From an uncultured delta proteobacterium (lineage in GTDB: Bacteria > Myxococcota_A > Polyangia > Polyangiales > Polyangiaceae): 64,000 bases of DNA. Below are positions 19,298 through 27,334 of the stretch, piece after piece (position 1 is the stretch's first letter; each line of letters starts with the position of its first letter). The position numbers and the translations under genes were made by a program. The stretch spans positions 50,055 through 114,054 of the forward strand of contig CAVREO010000015.1 of assembly GCA_963720145.1 (NCBI GenBank). Reading direction: 5' to 3'. The notes below the pieces were generated by a model. It was not told the DNA's origin. It was given only the letters and a program-made list of their open reading frames with translations, and ran no database searches.

Positions 19298-21190
19298 ATG
19301 CGAACGCGGATCGTCGGAATCTTCGGAGCCGGAGTCCTGGGGGTCGCCGTCGCGGGCGCGCAGCCAGGGTGCGTCGCGAACTTCGAATGCACGGGAAGCG
19401 ATTGCCCCGACGCGGGGAGCGCCGGAGAGGGAGGCATCGACGGCAGCGGGAACGGAGACGTGACCGCGGCCGATACGTGGGCCGGTGGCGAGACGAGCAG
19501 CGGCGGGGACGACGGCGGAATGGATGGAGCGGATGGGAGCGGAGAAGGCAGCGTCGCGTGCACGACGCCGCCGAAGACGACGAACTGCGGCGGCACGTGC
19601 GTCGACCTGGGGAGCGACCCGCTGCACTGCGGGTCATGCGGGAACGCGTGCCCGACGCCCGCGTCGACACATGGGAGCGCGACGTGCTCGACGGCGAGCG
19701 CGGACGCCGGCAGCGACGGCGGAGGACCGTGCGGGATCGCGTGCAACCTCGGGTATCACCTGTGCGGCGGGGATTGCCTGGCGGATAGCGATCCGCCGTC
19801 AGCGACCGCGGATTCGTGCGTAATCGACGATTCCTTCGGGACCTTCGTCGCACCGACCGCCAGCGGAGGCAGCGACACGAACGGCGCAGGAACGAAAGCA
19901 GCGCCATACGCGACGATCGGCCACGCCCTCGCGCGTCTGGCCCATGGTCGCGTCTACGTTTGCAACGCGACGTACGCCGAGCAGGTCACCATCGGCTCGG
20001 CCATTGGGATCTTCGGCGGACTGGCGTGCCCCGGAAGCGACGCCGGCGCTGCGGCGTGGAGCTACATCGGCGGCCACGCGCAGATCGCAGGGCCGCAGAA
20101 TGCCATCGCGCTCACGATCAACGCAGGCAGCGGCGCGGTCGACATCGAGGACGTGGCCGTCAGCGCGCCGAATGCGTCGGGCCAGGACATGGCGGGCAAC
20201 GGTCACTCGAGCATCGCGGTGCTCGTGAACGCGTCGACGAATGTCGCGTTCAAGCGCTGCGCGCTGAGCGCGGGCGATGGGGCAAGCGCGTTGCAGAGCA
20301 AGCCCGCGGGGCAGAGCAACTACGGCAATGGGCCCATGGCGCCCAGTGGCTCGGCGAACAGCGGGACATTGGGAGGTGCCGGCGGAGCTACCACTGGCGC
20401 GAATGCCTGTGGGTCGGGCAGCAGCACGGGTGGCGCTGGGGGGACCGCGAGCGTCGACGCGAGTACAGGTGCAGGCAGCGAGGGCGGGGCAACGCCAACT
20501 GCGAGCGTTGCGACCGCGGGATACGATGGCCAAGGCGGCAGTGGTGGCCTTCGAGGACATCCAGGGGCCAACGGATCCGCCGCAGCTGGAGGCGCCGCGG
20601 CACCGAACTTTGGCTCCTTGACCGTGAGTGGCTGGACGCCCAGCCAGGGAGGGACCGCGCAGGCAGGAAGTCCGGGGCAGGGCGGCGGAGGCGGTAGCGC
20701 AAGCACGCCCCCTCCAACGGGGGGAACTGGCGGCGGGTCCGGCGGTTGCGGCGGAGCCGGCGGCCAAGGAGGGGCGGGGGGCGGGGGAAGTATCGCCCTC
20801 GCCAGCGTGGCCAGCACGGTCATGCTCGATAACGCGTGCACGCTGGCAACGGGGACCGCTGGCAATGGCGAGCCAGGAGGCGACGGCCAGGTTGGCCAAG
20901 CGGGAGGAGGCACAACTGGCGTCGGTGCGGTCCCGGGAGGGCCAGGCGGCAATGGCGCCGGCGGCTCTGGAGGGGCAGGCGGAACTGCCGGCATTTCGGT
21001 CTGCATCGTGTACACCGCGCCCGCGCCATCCGGCACCGCGGGCTGCACTTCGACGGCTGCCGGCTTGCCTGGCCCGGCCGGCACCGGCGGCACCGGTGGC
21101 GACAACAACGACGGAAATGCGGGTACCGCCGGAAATGCCGGAAGCATGGGGCTCGCAGGCACCACGACTTCCCCGCTCCGAGTGCAGTAA
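19298..21190 (+). CDS. Secreted Cys-rich-module / right-handed beta-helix-like / Gly-rich (GGxGGxG) protein, paralog 1
   Basis: A signal peptide is followed by the module TNCGGTCVDLGSDPLHCGSCGNACP. The beta-helix-like core reads ..YATIGHALARL..VYVCNATYAEQV..AVLVNASTNVAFKRCAL... The C-terminal half is long and Gly-rich. The RBS GGGAG precedes ATG 19298. Confidence 0.8.
   Translation: MRTRIVGIFGAGVLGVAVAGAQPGCVANFECTGSDCPDAGSAGEGGIDGSGNGDVTAADTWAGGETSSGGDDGGMDGADGSGEGSVACTTPPKTTNCGGTCVDLGSDPLHCGSCGNACPTPASTHGSATCSTASADAGSDGGGPCGIACNLGYHLCGGDCLADSDPPSATADSCVIDDSFGTFVAPTASGGSDTNGAGTKAAPYATIGHALARLAHGRVYVCNATYAEQVTIGSAIGIFGGLACPGSDAGAAAWSYIGGHAQIAGPQNAIALTINAGSGAVDIEDVAVSAPNASGQDMAGNGHSSIAVLVNASTNVAFKRCALSAGDGASALQSKPAGQSNYGNGPMAPSGSANSGTLGGAGGATTGANACGSGSSTGGAGGTASVDASTGAGSEGGATPTASVATAGYDGQGGSGGLRGHPGANGSAAAGGAAAPNFGSLTVSGWTPSQGGTAQAGSPGQGGGGGSASTPPPTGGTGGGSGGCGGAGGQGGAGGGGSIALASVASTVMLDNACTLATGTAGNGEPGGDGQVGQAGGGTTGVGAVPGGPGGNGAGGSGGAGGTAGISVCIVYTAPAPSGTAGCTSTAAGLPGPAGTGGTGGDNNDGNAGTAGNAGSMGLAGTTTSPLRVQ
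19405..19821. repeat. 417-bp segment about 98% identical to 21390..21806 (N-terminal module of beta-helix paralogs 1 and 2)
   Basis: Ungapped alignment at a constant offset of 1985 nt shows 8 mismatches by hand count. Confidence 0.9.
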
Positions 21191-21220
21191 GCGTGAGCGA
21201 TGTCGTGGCCAGCACCAGCG

Positions 21221-21335
21221 TCTCCCGCTCACCCCTCCCTGAGCCGGCTCGCTTGCGAGCCGGCGATTGGGGAGGGGTCGGCCGCGCGCAGGCGGCGAAG
21301 CCGCCGAGCACGGACGGGGGTGGGCAGCCCTCTCG
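21221..21335. repeat. About 113-bp palindromic intergenic element, copy A (nested hairpin ACCCCTCCC..GCCGGCTCGC-TT-GCGAGCCGGC..GGGAGGGGT, then GGCGGC-GAA-GCCGCC)
   Basis: It is nearly identical to 23147..23259. It starts about 30 nt after the stop of 19298..21190. Confidence 0.85.
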
Positions 21336-23131
21336 GATCTGCGTCTCGCTGGTCTTTCTCCTGAGCGCCGTTTGCTTGAACGCATGCGGCCCCGACGCGG
21401 GGAGCGCCGGAGAGGGAGGCATCGACGGCAGCGGGAACGGAGACGTGACCGCGGCCGATACGTGGGCCGGTGGCGAGACGAGCAGCGGCGGGGACGACGG
21501 CGGGATGGATGGAGCGGATGGGAGCGGAGAAGGCAGCGTCGCGTGCACGACGCCGCCGAAGACGACGAACTGCGGCGGCACGTGCGTCGACATGGGGAGC
21601 GACCCGCTGCACTGCGGGTCATGCGGGAACGCGTGCCCGACGCCCGCGTCGACACATGGGAGCGCGACGTGCTCGACGGCGAGCGCGGACGCCGGCAGCG
21701 ACGGCGGAGGACCGTGCGGGATCGCGTGCAACCTCGGGTATCACCTGTGCGGCGGGGATTGCTTGGCGGATACGGACCCGCCGTCAGCGACCGCGGACCC
21801 GTGCGTCCTGAGCGGGACCTACGGCGTCTACGTTTCGCCGACGGGAAGCGACACGACGGGAATGGGCTCGCCGTCTGCACCGTACGCGACCCTCGGTCAT
21901 GCGATGGATATGGCCGCGACGGGCAAGAAGCGCGTCTACGCGTGCGGCAGCGCGGGCAACTACACCGAGAATCTCGCGGTGGCTGCGTCGCACGACGGCG
22001 TCAGCGTCTTCGGAGGGCTCGATTGCACGACGACGCCGGGCACGTGGACGTACAGCGCGAGCAAGGTTGCTAGCGTCGCACCCGCGTCGGGCTATGCGTT
22101 GCAGGTCTCGGGGCTGACGACCGGGGCGACGTTTGAGGACTTCGCGTTCGTCGCGGCGGATACGGCGACGGCGGGTGCGTCGAGCATCGCGGTGTTTGTG
22201 GCGAGCGCGAAGAACGTGGCGTTCCACCGAGTCGCGATGACGGCTGGCAACGTCAGCACGATGGGCGCCGGCGGAGCGACGGGGAGCAATCACTTCGCTG
22301 GGCTACTCGATGGCAACCCCGCGTCGGGGACCACGGGAGGCGGCGGCAAGACTTGCGCTTGCCTGGATGGAATGACCTCGAGTGCGGGCGGACAGGGCGG
22401 TGACGCCATGCACGCGCCCGGGGCGGGACTTCCGACCTACAGCGGCGGGACGGCGGGCATGAACAACGTCGCGTGCGGAGCTGGCGGTACGTCGGCCACA
22501 GCGGATGGAATCTGACGCCCCCGCGGGGACAGCCGACGCACCGAGCGTTGCTCACGGTACGTTGTCATCGACCGGCTGGACGCCCGCTAACGGCGCCGGC
22601 GGCTCCTCGGGTAGACCAGGACAAGGTGGTGGGGGCGGCGGGGACCACAGCACTGGCGCAGGCGGAGGCGGCGCGTGCGGTGGGTGCGGGGGCGGAGGCG
22701 GCACGCCAGGAGGCGGGGGCGGCTCAAGCATCGCGTTGCTTTCCTATCAGTCCGCAGTCTCACTCGTCGGCTGCACGCTGACGGCAATGAATGCCGGCGC
22801 GGGAGGTACGGGCGGCGCTGGCGAAGCGGGGCAGGCGGGAGGCTTTACCGGAAACCAGGCTAGCGGGGGATGCCTGGGCGGCAATGGGGGTGCAGGCACC
22901 GGCGGCAACGGCGCGCAAGGCGGCCCCGGCGGCCTCTCGCTCGGCATTGGCTACGCGGGAACCGCACCCCCGACCATGGACAGCACGACGACAACGACGG
23001 TGGGTACCAAAGGGAGCGGTGGTGCCGGCGGCGCGGCGGGGCCCCCAGCGTCGGGTGGAACCTCGCCGCAGGCTGGCGTAACGGGCGCCAAGGGCCAAGA
23101 CGGCGTCGCACAACCGAGCATGGCCCTCTGA
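21320..23131 (+). pseudogene. Beta-helix / Gly-rich lipoprotein, paralog 2; frame break near 22510 and no canonical in-frame start for its signal peptide
   Basis: The signal peptide ..RICVSLVFLLSAVCLNAC (lipobox) leads into the conserved N-module and then ..YATLGHAMDMA..VYACGSAGNYTENL.. in ORF 20836..22515. The sequence ..GGTSATADG| then continues as SDAPAGTADAPS..GWTPANGAGGSSGRPGQGGGGG.. in the +1 frame (22505..23131). The nearest GTG (21320) is in another frame. Confidence 0.7.
21390..21806. repeat. 417-bp segment about 98% identical to 19405..19821
   Basis: See 19405..19821. Confidence 0.9.
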
Positions 23132-23146
23132 CGCACGTGAACCGCG

Positions 23147-23259
23147 CTCTCCGCTCACCCCTCCCTGAGCCGGCTCGCTTGCGAGCCGGCGATTGGGGAG
23201 GGGTCGGCCGCGCGCAGGCGGCGAAGCCGCCGAGCACGGACGGGGGTGGGCATCCCTCT
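23147..23259. repeat. About 113-bp palindromic intergenic element, copy B
   Basis: It matches 21221..21335 with only a few differences. It starts about 16 nt after the stop of the paralog-2 gene (23131). Confidence 0.85.
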
Positions 23260-24011
23260 CGCCTCTGATTGTCGCTGTTGCCTTCGTAGTGGCGATGGCA
23301 TGCCCCCCCCGCGGTGCAGGGAAGGGAGGCAGCGAGGGCAGCAACGTCGAGGTGAGGCCCTCGAATGCCGCGGACCGGGAGCCGCACCCTCCGCGGGCTC
23401 GCGTGCATTGTTCGGACGCACGACCGCATCGCGGGGACACGAACGCGGATGCGTCGCAACCAGGGATGCACGCGCTGCCTCGGGGCCACTACGCTTCGCG
23501 CGCACGGACGCGTCGACAGCCTACATGCGCGCCCGCCTCGCGTTCGGGACCGCACGGCGAACAGGCGCTCGCGCGTGCTGCGGAGGCACACGTGGAGGCC
23601 CGGGAGGCGAAGGCGATTGAAGCGCATGGGCATGCGTTCGCGCGGGAAGCGCGAGCGAAGGCGGCGCGATCGCGCCTGTTGGACGCGGAAGCGCACGCGA
23701 GCGCCGCGGAATCGAGCGCGTACGCCGCGAAATCGCGGCCGTGTGCCCGGGAAGGCGGCGCGCAGAGCGACGCTGCGAGCGCGTATCCGGCGGCGTCGCG
23801 CCGGCAAGGCGAAGCAACGGACGCGTATCCGAACGCAACGGGCCTGCATGGGGAGGAGACGGTTGCGTATCCCGACGCAACGGACCCACGTGGCGGGGAA
23901 ACGAACGCCCATCCGGCGCAAACGCCTCCGCATGCCGAGGCATGCGGGCCCGTTTCCTTCGCTCCCGTGAACATGCATAACGGCGCGAAACTCCCCCTTT
24001 CGCAAAAATAG
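23260..24011 (+). other. Region of uncertain coding status: an open frame (part of ORF 23193..24011) with a lipoprotein-like start (LIVAVAFVVAMAC), Ala/Glu/His-rich sequence and atypical codon usage
   Basis: My hand count gives GC3 of about 72% in the only open sense frame, against about 87-90% in neighbouring genes. GAA is at least as frequent as GAG, and CAT is more frequent than CAC. There is strong 3-periodicity of GCG. No canonical start codon precedes the hydrophobic segment. Confidence 0.25.
23781..23948. repeat. Degenerate 42-bp tandem repeat x4 (GCGTATCCn..ACGCAACGG..), equivalent to the 14-aa unit AYPxATxxxGEETx in the open frame
   Basis: Units 23781-23822, 23823-23864, 23865-23906 and 23907-23948 were read directly. 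The first three start with GCGTATCC and the fourth with GCCCATCC. Confidence 0.75.
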
Positions 24012-24116
24012 TTGCCCGCGGCGCGCGGAATCGGCCCTCGCCGCCAGACTGTGTTCATGAGAGGCGAGGACGCGCCGGGACGCGCGCACCGAGCCCTCAG
24101 TACCGGAAAGGAGGTG

Positions 24117-24698
24117 ATGATCATGGGTACGACGACACTGGGCAAAGGCGCCAGGGCCACTCGCGTGGGGACACTCATCGCGGGCGCGCGAAAGCACTTC
24201 GCGAACGGGGGACAAGTCCTCACGTTCACGGGTGGGTTCGCGAACGTCACCGTCGACGCGGCGGTCGCGGAGCTTCAAAAGCTCATCGACAACCGCGCGG
24301 CGACGACGGCGGCCCAGGCGACCGCCAGGGACAAGGTGCAAGCCGAGCGCGAGGCGATGCCTGCTCTCGTCGCGTTCACGAACGCGTTCGAGGCTCTCAT
24401 CCGCGTCATGTTCGGCGCCGACACCACGGCCCTCGCCGACTTCGGGCTGACGCCGCGCAAGCGGCCCACGCCGATGACGGCGACCGAGAAGGCGGTCGCG
24501 GCTGCCAAGCGTACGGCGACGCGCAACGCGCGCGGGACCAAGGGTCCGAAGGCCAAGAAGGCGGTGCACGGGAACATCACGGCGAATCTCGTCGTGACGC
24601 CCGTCACCCCTCCGGCCACGGCTCCCGAGGCGCCCGCGCCCGTCAACGCACCCGCCGCTATGCCTGGCGGCGCCACGGCCGCTCCGCCGAAGGGCTGA
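24117..24698 (+). CDS. Small hypothetical protein (193 aa): predicted helical core, Lys/Arg-rich segment and Pro/Ala-rich tail
   Basis: The strong RBS GGAAAGGAGGTG lies directly upstream of ATG 24117 (MIMGTTTLGKG..). GC3 is high. I do not recognise the family. Confidence 0.7.
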   Translation: MIMGTTTLGKGARATRVGTLIAGARKHFANGGQVLTFTGGFANVTVDAAVAELQKLIDNRAATTAAQATARDKVQAEREAMPALVAFTNAFEALIRVMFGADTTALADFGLTPRKRPTPMTATEKAVAAAKRTATRNARGTKGPKAKKAVHGNITANLVVTPVTPPATAPEAPAPVNAPAAMPGGATAAPPKG

Positions 24699-24934
24699 GC
24701 GGTCGGGTGTGAACAGGTAGGGACGCGAGGACGCCGCGCCGTGCGTGCGGACGTGGCTTTCCTCGGTCCCGTCGTCACTCGCTCCCTCGCGCGGGCCCCG
24801 GCTCGCGCGAGGGAAGCGAGGGGCGGTTTTCAAAAGAAGCCCGCGCCAGCGAGAACTCACGCAACCGCGGCCGCGGGGCTGCCGAAGAGGGGGGAAACGA
24901 GGCCGAACGGCCCACGCCCCCCGAGAGGTTGCCC

Positions 24935-25911
24935 GTGACCAATCGCATCGAGACCCCCGCCCCGCGACCGCGCGTCGACTACGCCCCCGATGACCACCCC
25001 GGCCCTTTCCGCAGCGACCCCGCAGGTGCGGAGCGTGCGCAACGGGCTCTGGCCGACGCGCGTCTCCAAGCGTTTACCCAGGGCGCGCTCGCCACCCAGG
25101 GGACCGGCGCGCCCGCAAACAAGACCTGCGACTTCGGCACGCACCATGACTTCGCGGCGTGCGGGACCGAGCTGGATCCCCGGGGCCGTGCTGTTCCGCC
25201 AAGAGGCGGGCGACGTCGACGCGGTCGACTCGAAGGACGTGGAGCAGAAGTACATCAGTGACTGCCACATCATGGCGCCGCTCGCAGCGCTCGCAAACAC
25301 GCCTGAGGGGCGAGCTCACATCAAAGCGATGGTCACCGAAGGCAAGAACGAGAAGGGGGAGACCTTCTACACCGTTACGCTTCACAAGCCGGAATCGCAC
25401 TGGTACGGCAAGACGACCTTTTCCGAAGTCCGGATCACCGTGGACGCCTCGTATGTCCTCGGTCACGCAGTGCCACGCGAGGATGGAACGGCGCACGAAG
25501 TGTGGGCCCCGGTCATCGAGAAGGCGTTCGCCCAGTATTGCGGAGGCTACGGGATCATCCACCGAGGCGGATTCGGGGGCCTTTGCCATGCAGGTCCTCA
25601 CGGGCAAGGAGGCCACGCAGACGAAGCTGAACCTCTTCTCGGACTATCGCGCCTCGCAGCTCCAGGCGGACTTGGCGAGCGGCAAGCTCGTTGTTTTGCA
25701 GACGAAGACTGGTATTGGCGGCAAGGCCGGACCGAGCGGCGCGCGCGACCTCTTCGAGCACCACGCGTACGCTGTCACCGGAACGGAAGTCATCGACGGC
25801 AAGGTGTACCTGAGGCTCCATAACCCCTGGAACGTGGCCGAGCCCAAGCCGATCCCCTTCGAAGAGCTCCACGACTGGTTCTCCGCGGTGGACGTCGGCT
25901 CGGTGAGGTGA
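24935..25911 (+). pseudogene. Calpain-like (peptidase family C2) cysteine protease, two frame breaks (about 25172 and 25570)
   Basis: Three frame pieces join to give ..DVEQKYISDCHIMAPLAALA (catalytic Cys context), WAPVIEKAFAQYCGGYG, GAFAMQVLTG, EHHAYAVTG (His) and LRLHNPWN (Asn). The start is GTG 24935, 6 nt after GAGAGG. No signal peptide is present. Confidence 0.8.
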
Positions 25912-25915
25912 GCCC

Positions 25916-26588
25916 ATGAAACCTTTTATCGGGCTCGGGACCGTCGTAGCGAGCGGGTTTCTCGCGGGCTGTAGTCACACGGAAGCTCCCCCCACCGGGG
26001 ACTCAACCTACGTTGCGCCATGCCCGATGAGTTGGTGCCACTACATCGAGACGGAAAGGCCGACCCACCTGGCCGGCGGCAGCACGATCAATGTTCGTTC
26101 GCTGGGCCCGCCGTGCCGGTTCGAAGTGTCGTGGCAGCGCGCAGACGCCGCGGCGGATTCGTTTCGCGCAACCTTCGACGCACGCGTCGGCGAGGTCTTT
26201 GCGCTGCACGGGTACGTCGTTCGGCTCCACGAATGCCACGGCCCTGTCTTTCGCACCGACCATTTCCTGCCGCCTTCCGCTGCGGTCATCCCCGATCCAC
26301 CGGACTTCCAATGGGCGGCGCCCGACGCGGACAACGTCTTCATCCCCCTGAGCGGTGAGGCCACCCTCGAGGGCGACCACGTCGCGCGCGCTGCGCTCGG
26401 AGGGCCACGATGGGAGCAGGCCGACTCGGTCACCGTATCGGTAGCCGACGCGAAGGAAACGCCTACGGTGTACCGCAATCTACGCACGGGGGACTCGTTC
26501 CGCTGGGGCACTCACCGCGCCGCGATCGTGCAGCGTAATCGTGCGCGACGCACGCGTCGTGGGCTGGGTGGAAGTCCGCTTGTTCTGA
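25916..26588 (+). pseudogene. Hypothetical lipoprotein immediately downstream of the calpain-like gene; probable frame break near 26537
   Basis: The start MKPFIGLGTVVASGFLAGCSH carries a lipobox. After ..WGTHRAAIVQR the original frame becomes Arg-rich with low GC3 and runs into the convergent gene. The +1 frame gives a high-GC3 ending IVRDARVVGWVEVRLF* with tga at 26586-26588. Confidence 0.55.
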
Positions 26589-26663
26589 AGGCTTGGGTCC
26601 CCGCGCGCGGCGCGCTCCGCAAACGCTGCCGCGGCACCGTCTGCAAATGGCTGCAAATCCCCT

Positions 26664-27161
26664 TTATTGTCGCGTCAACGTCCACGTCCCCGAGAACATC
26701 CCCCCGTAGCTGCCGCTCGCGTTCGTCCCCGTGAACGAGCCCGTGACGTCATCGGTAATCGTATTGCCCGAGAGCGCGAAGGTGCTCGAGTTCACGTTCG
26801 TCTGCGTTCCGCCGGCAACCGTGAACGTGCAGCTCTGATCCGCGGGGTCAGAGGTCGCGGTGTCTCCCGAGACGTCGCCCGTGCCCGAGCAGTTCCCGGT
26901 GGTACCGCCGCTTCCCGTGAAGGCCGCGGCGACCGCAATTGTACCGGCAGCGGTCGCGGTGATGGTGAAGGTCCCAGTCTCGGTGTTCGCGGCTTGCGGC
27001 TGCGCGACGGGAGACGTGATGGTGTAGAGGCCGGAGTACGCCCCGGAATACGTTCCTACGAATCCGCTCGCGCCCGAGCGGGTCGTGGTGCTGCTGCTGC
27101 TACCGCACCCGAGTAGCCAGGCGATCGCCGCAACGCAGGTGCAAGTCGTCGAACGTTTCAT
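26664..27161 (-). CDS. Small Thr/Gly/Ser-rich beta-type lipoprotein (hypothetical)
   Basis: The start MKRSTTCTCVAAIAWLLGCGSSS carries a lipobox. The ORF is an intact 165 aa and is convergent with the upstream cassette. Confidence 0.7.
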   Translation of the reverse strand: MKRSTTCTCVAAIAWLLGCGSSSSTTTRSGASGFVGTYSGAYSGLYTITSPVAQPQAANTETGTFTITATAAGTIAVAAAFTGSGGTTGNCSGTGDVSGDTATSDPADQSCTFTVAGGTQTNVNSSTFALSGNTITDDVTGSFTGTNASGSYGGMFSGTWTLTRQ

Positions 27162-27334
27162 GCCGACGAGACTACCGCACCTCGCTCAGTATGCCCCCGC
27201 TGCTCGCACGCGCAGGACAGGACGAGGAGCAGCCCGTCCCACCCTCGGAGGCGCGCAACCGAGCGCCCCGGCGCTCCGATAGGGAGCCAAATGCAAACGA
27301 AGGCTGGTCGTTGTTCCGCAAGAGGACTGGTGTT

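Noticed and set aside
23781-23948. Possible CRISPR array, suggested by regular 42-bp periodicity
   Set aside because: The units are directly adjacent and degenerate, with no unique spacers. There are no palindromic repeat ends and no cas genes in the window. It is a tandem minisatellite, not a CRISPR array.
22860-24860. A 666-aa minus-strand ORF covering the anomalous region and the small-protein gene
   Set aside because: The sequence is Arg-rich low-complexity. Its codon position 1 coincides with position 3 of the plus-strand gene 24117..24698, which is the classic open antisense frame in GC-rich DNA. There is no RBS or start-codon support.
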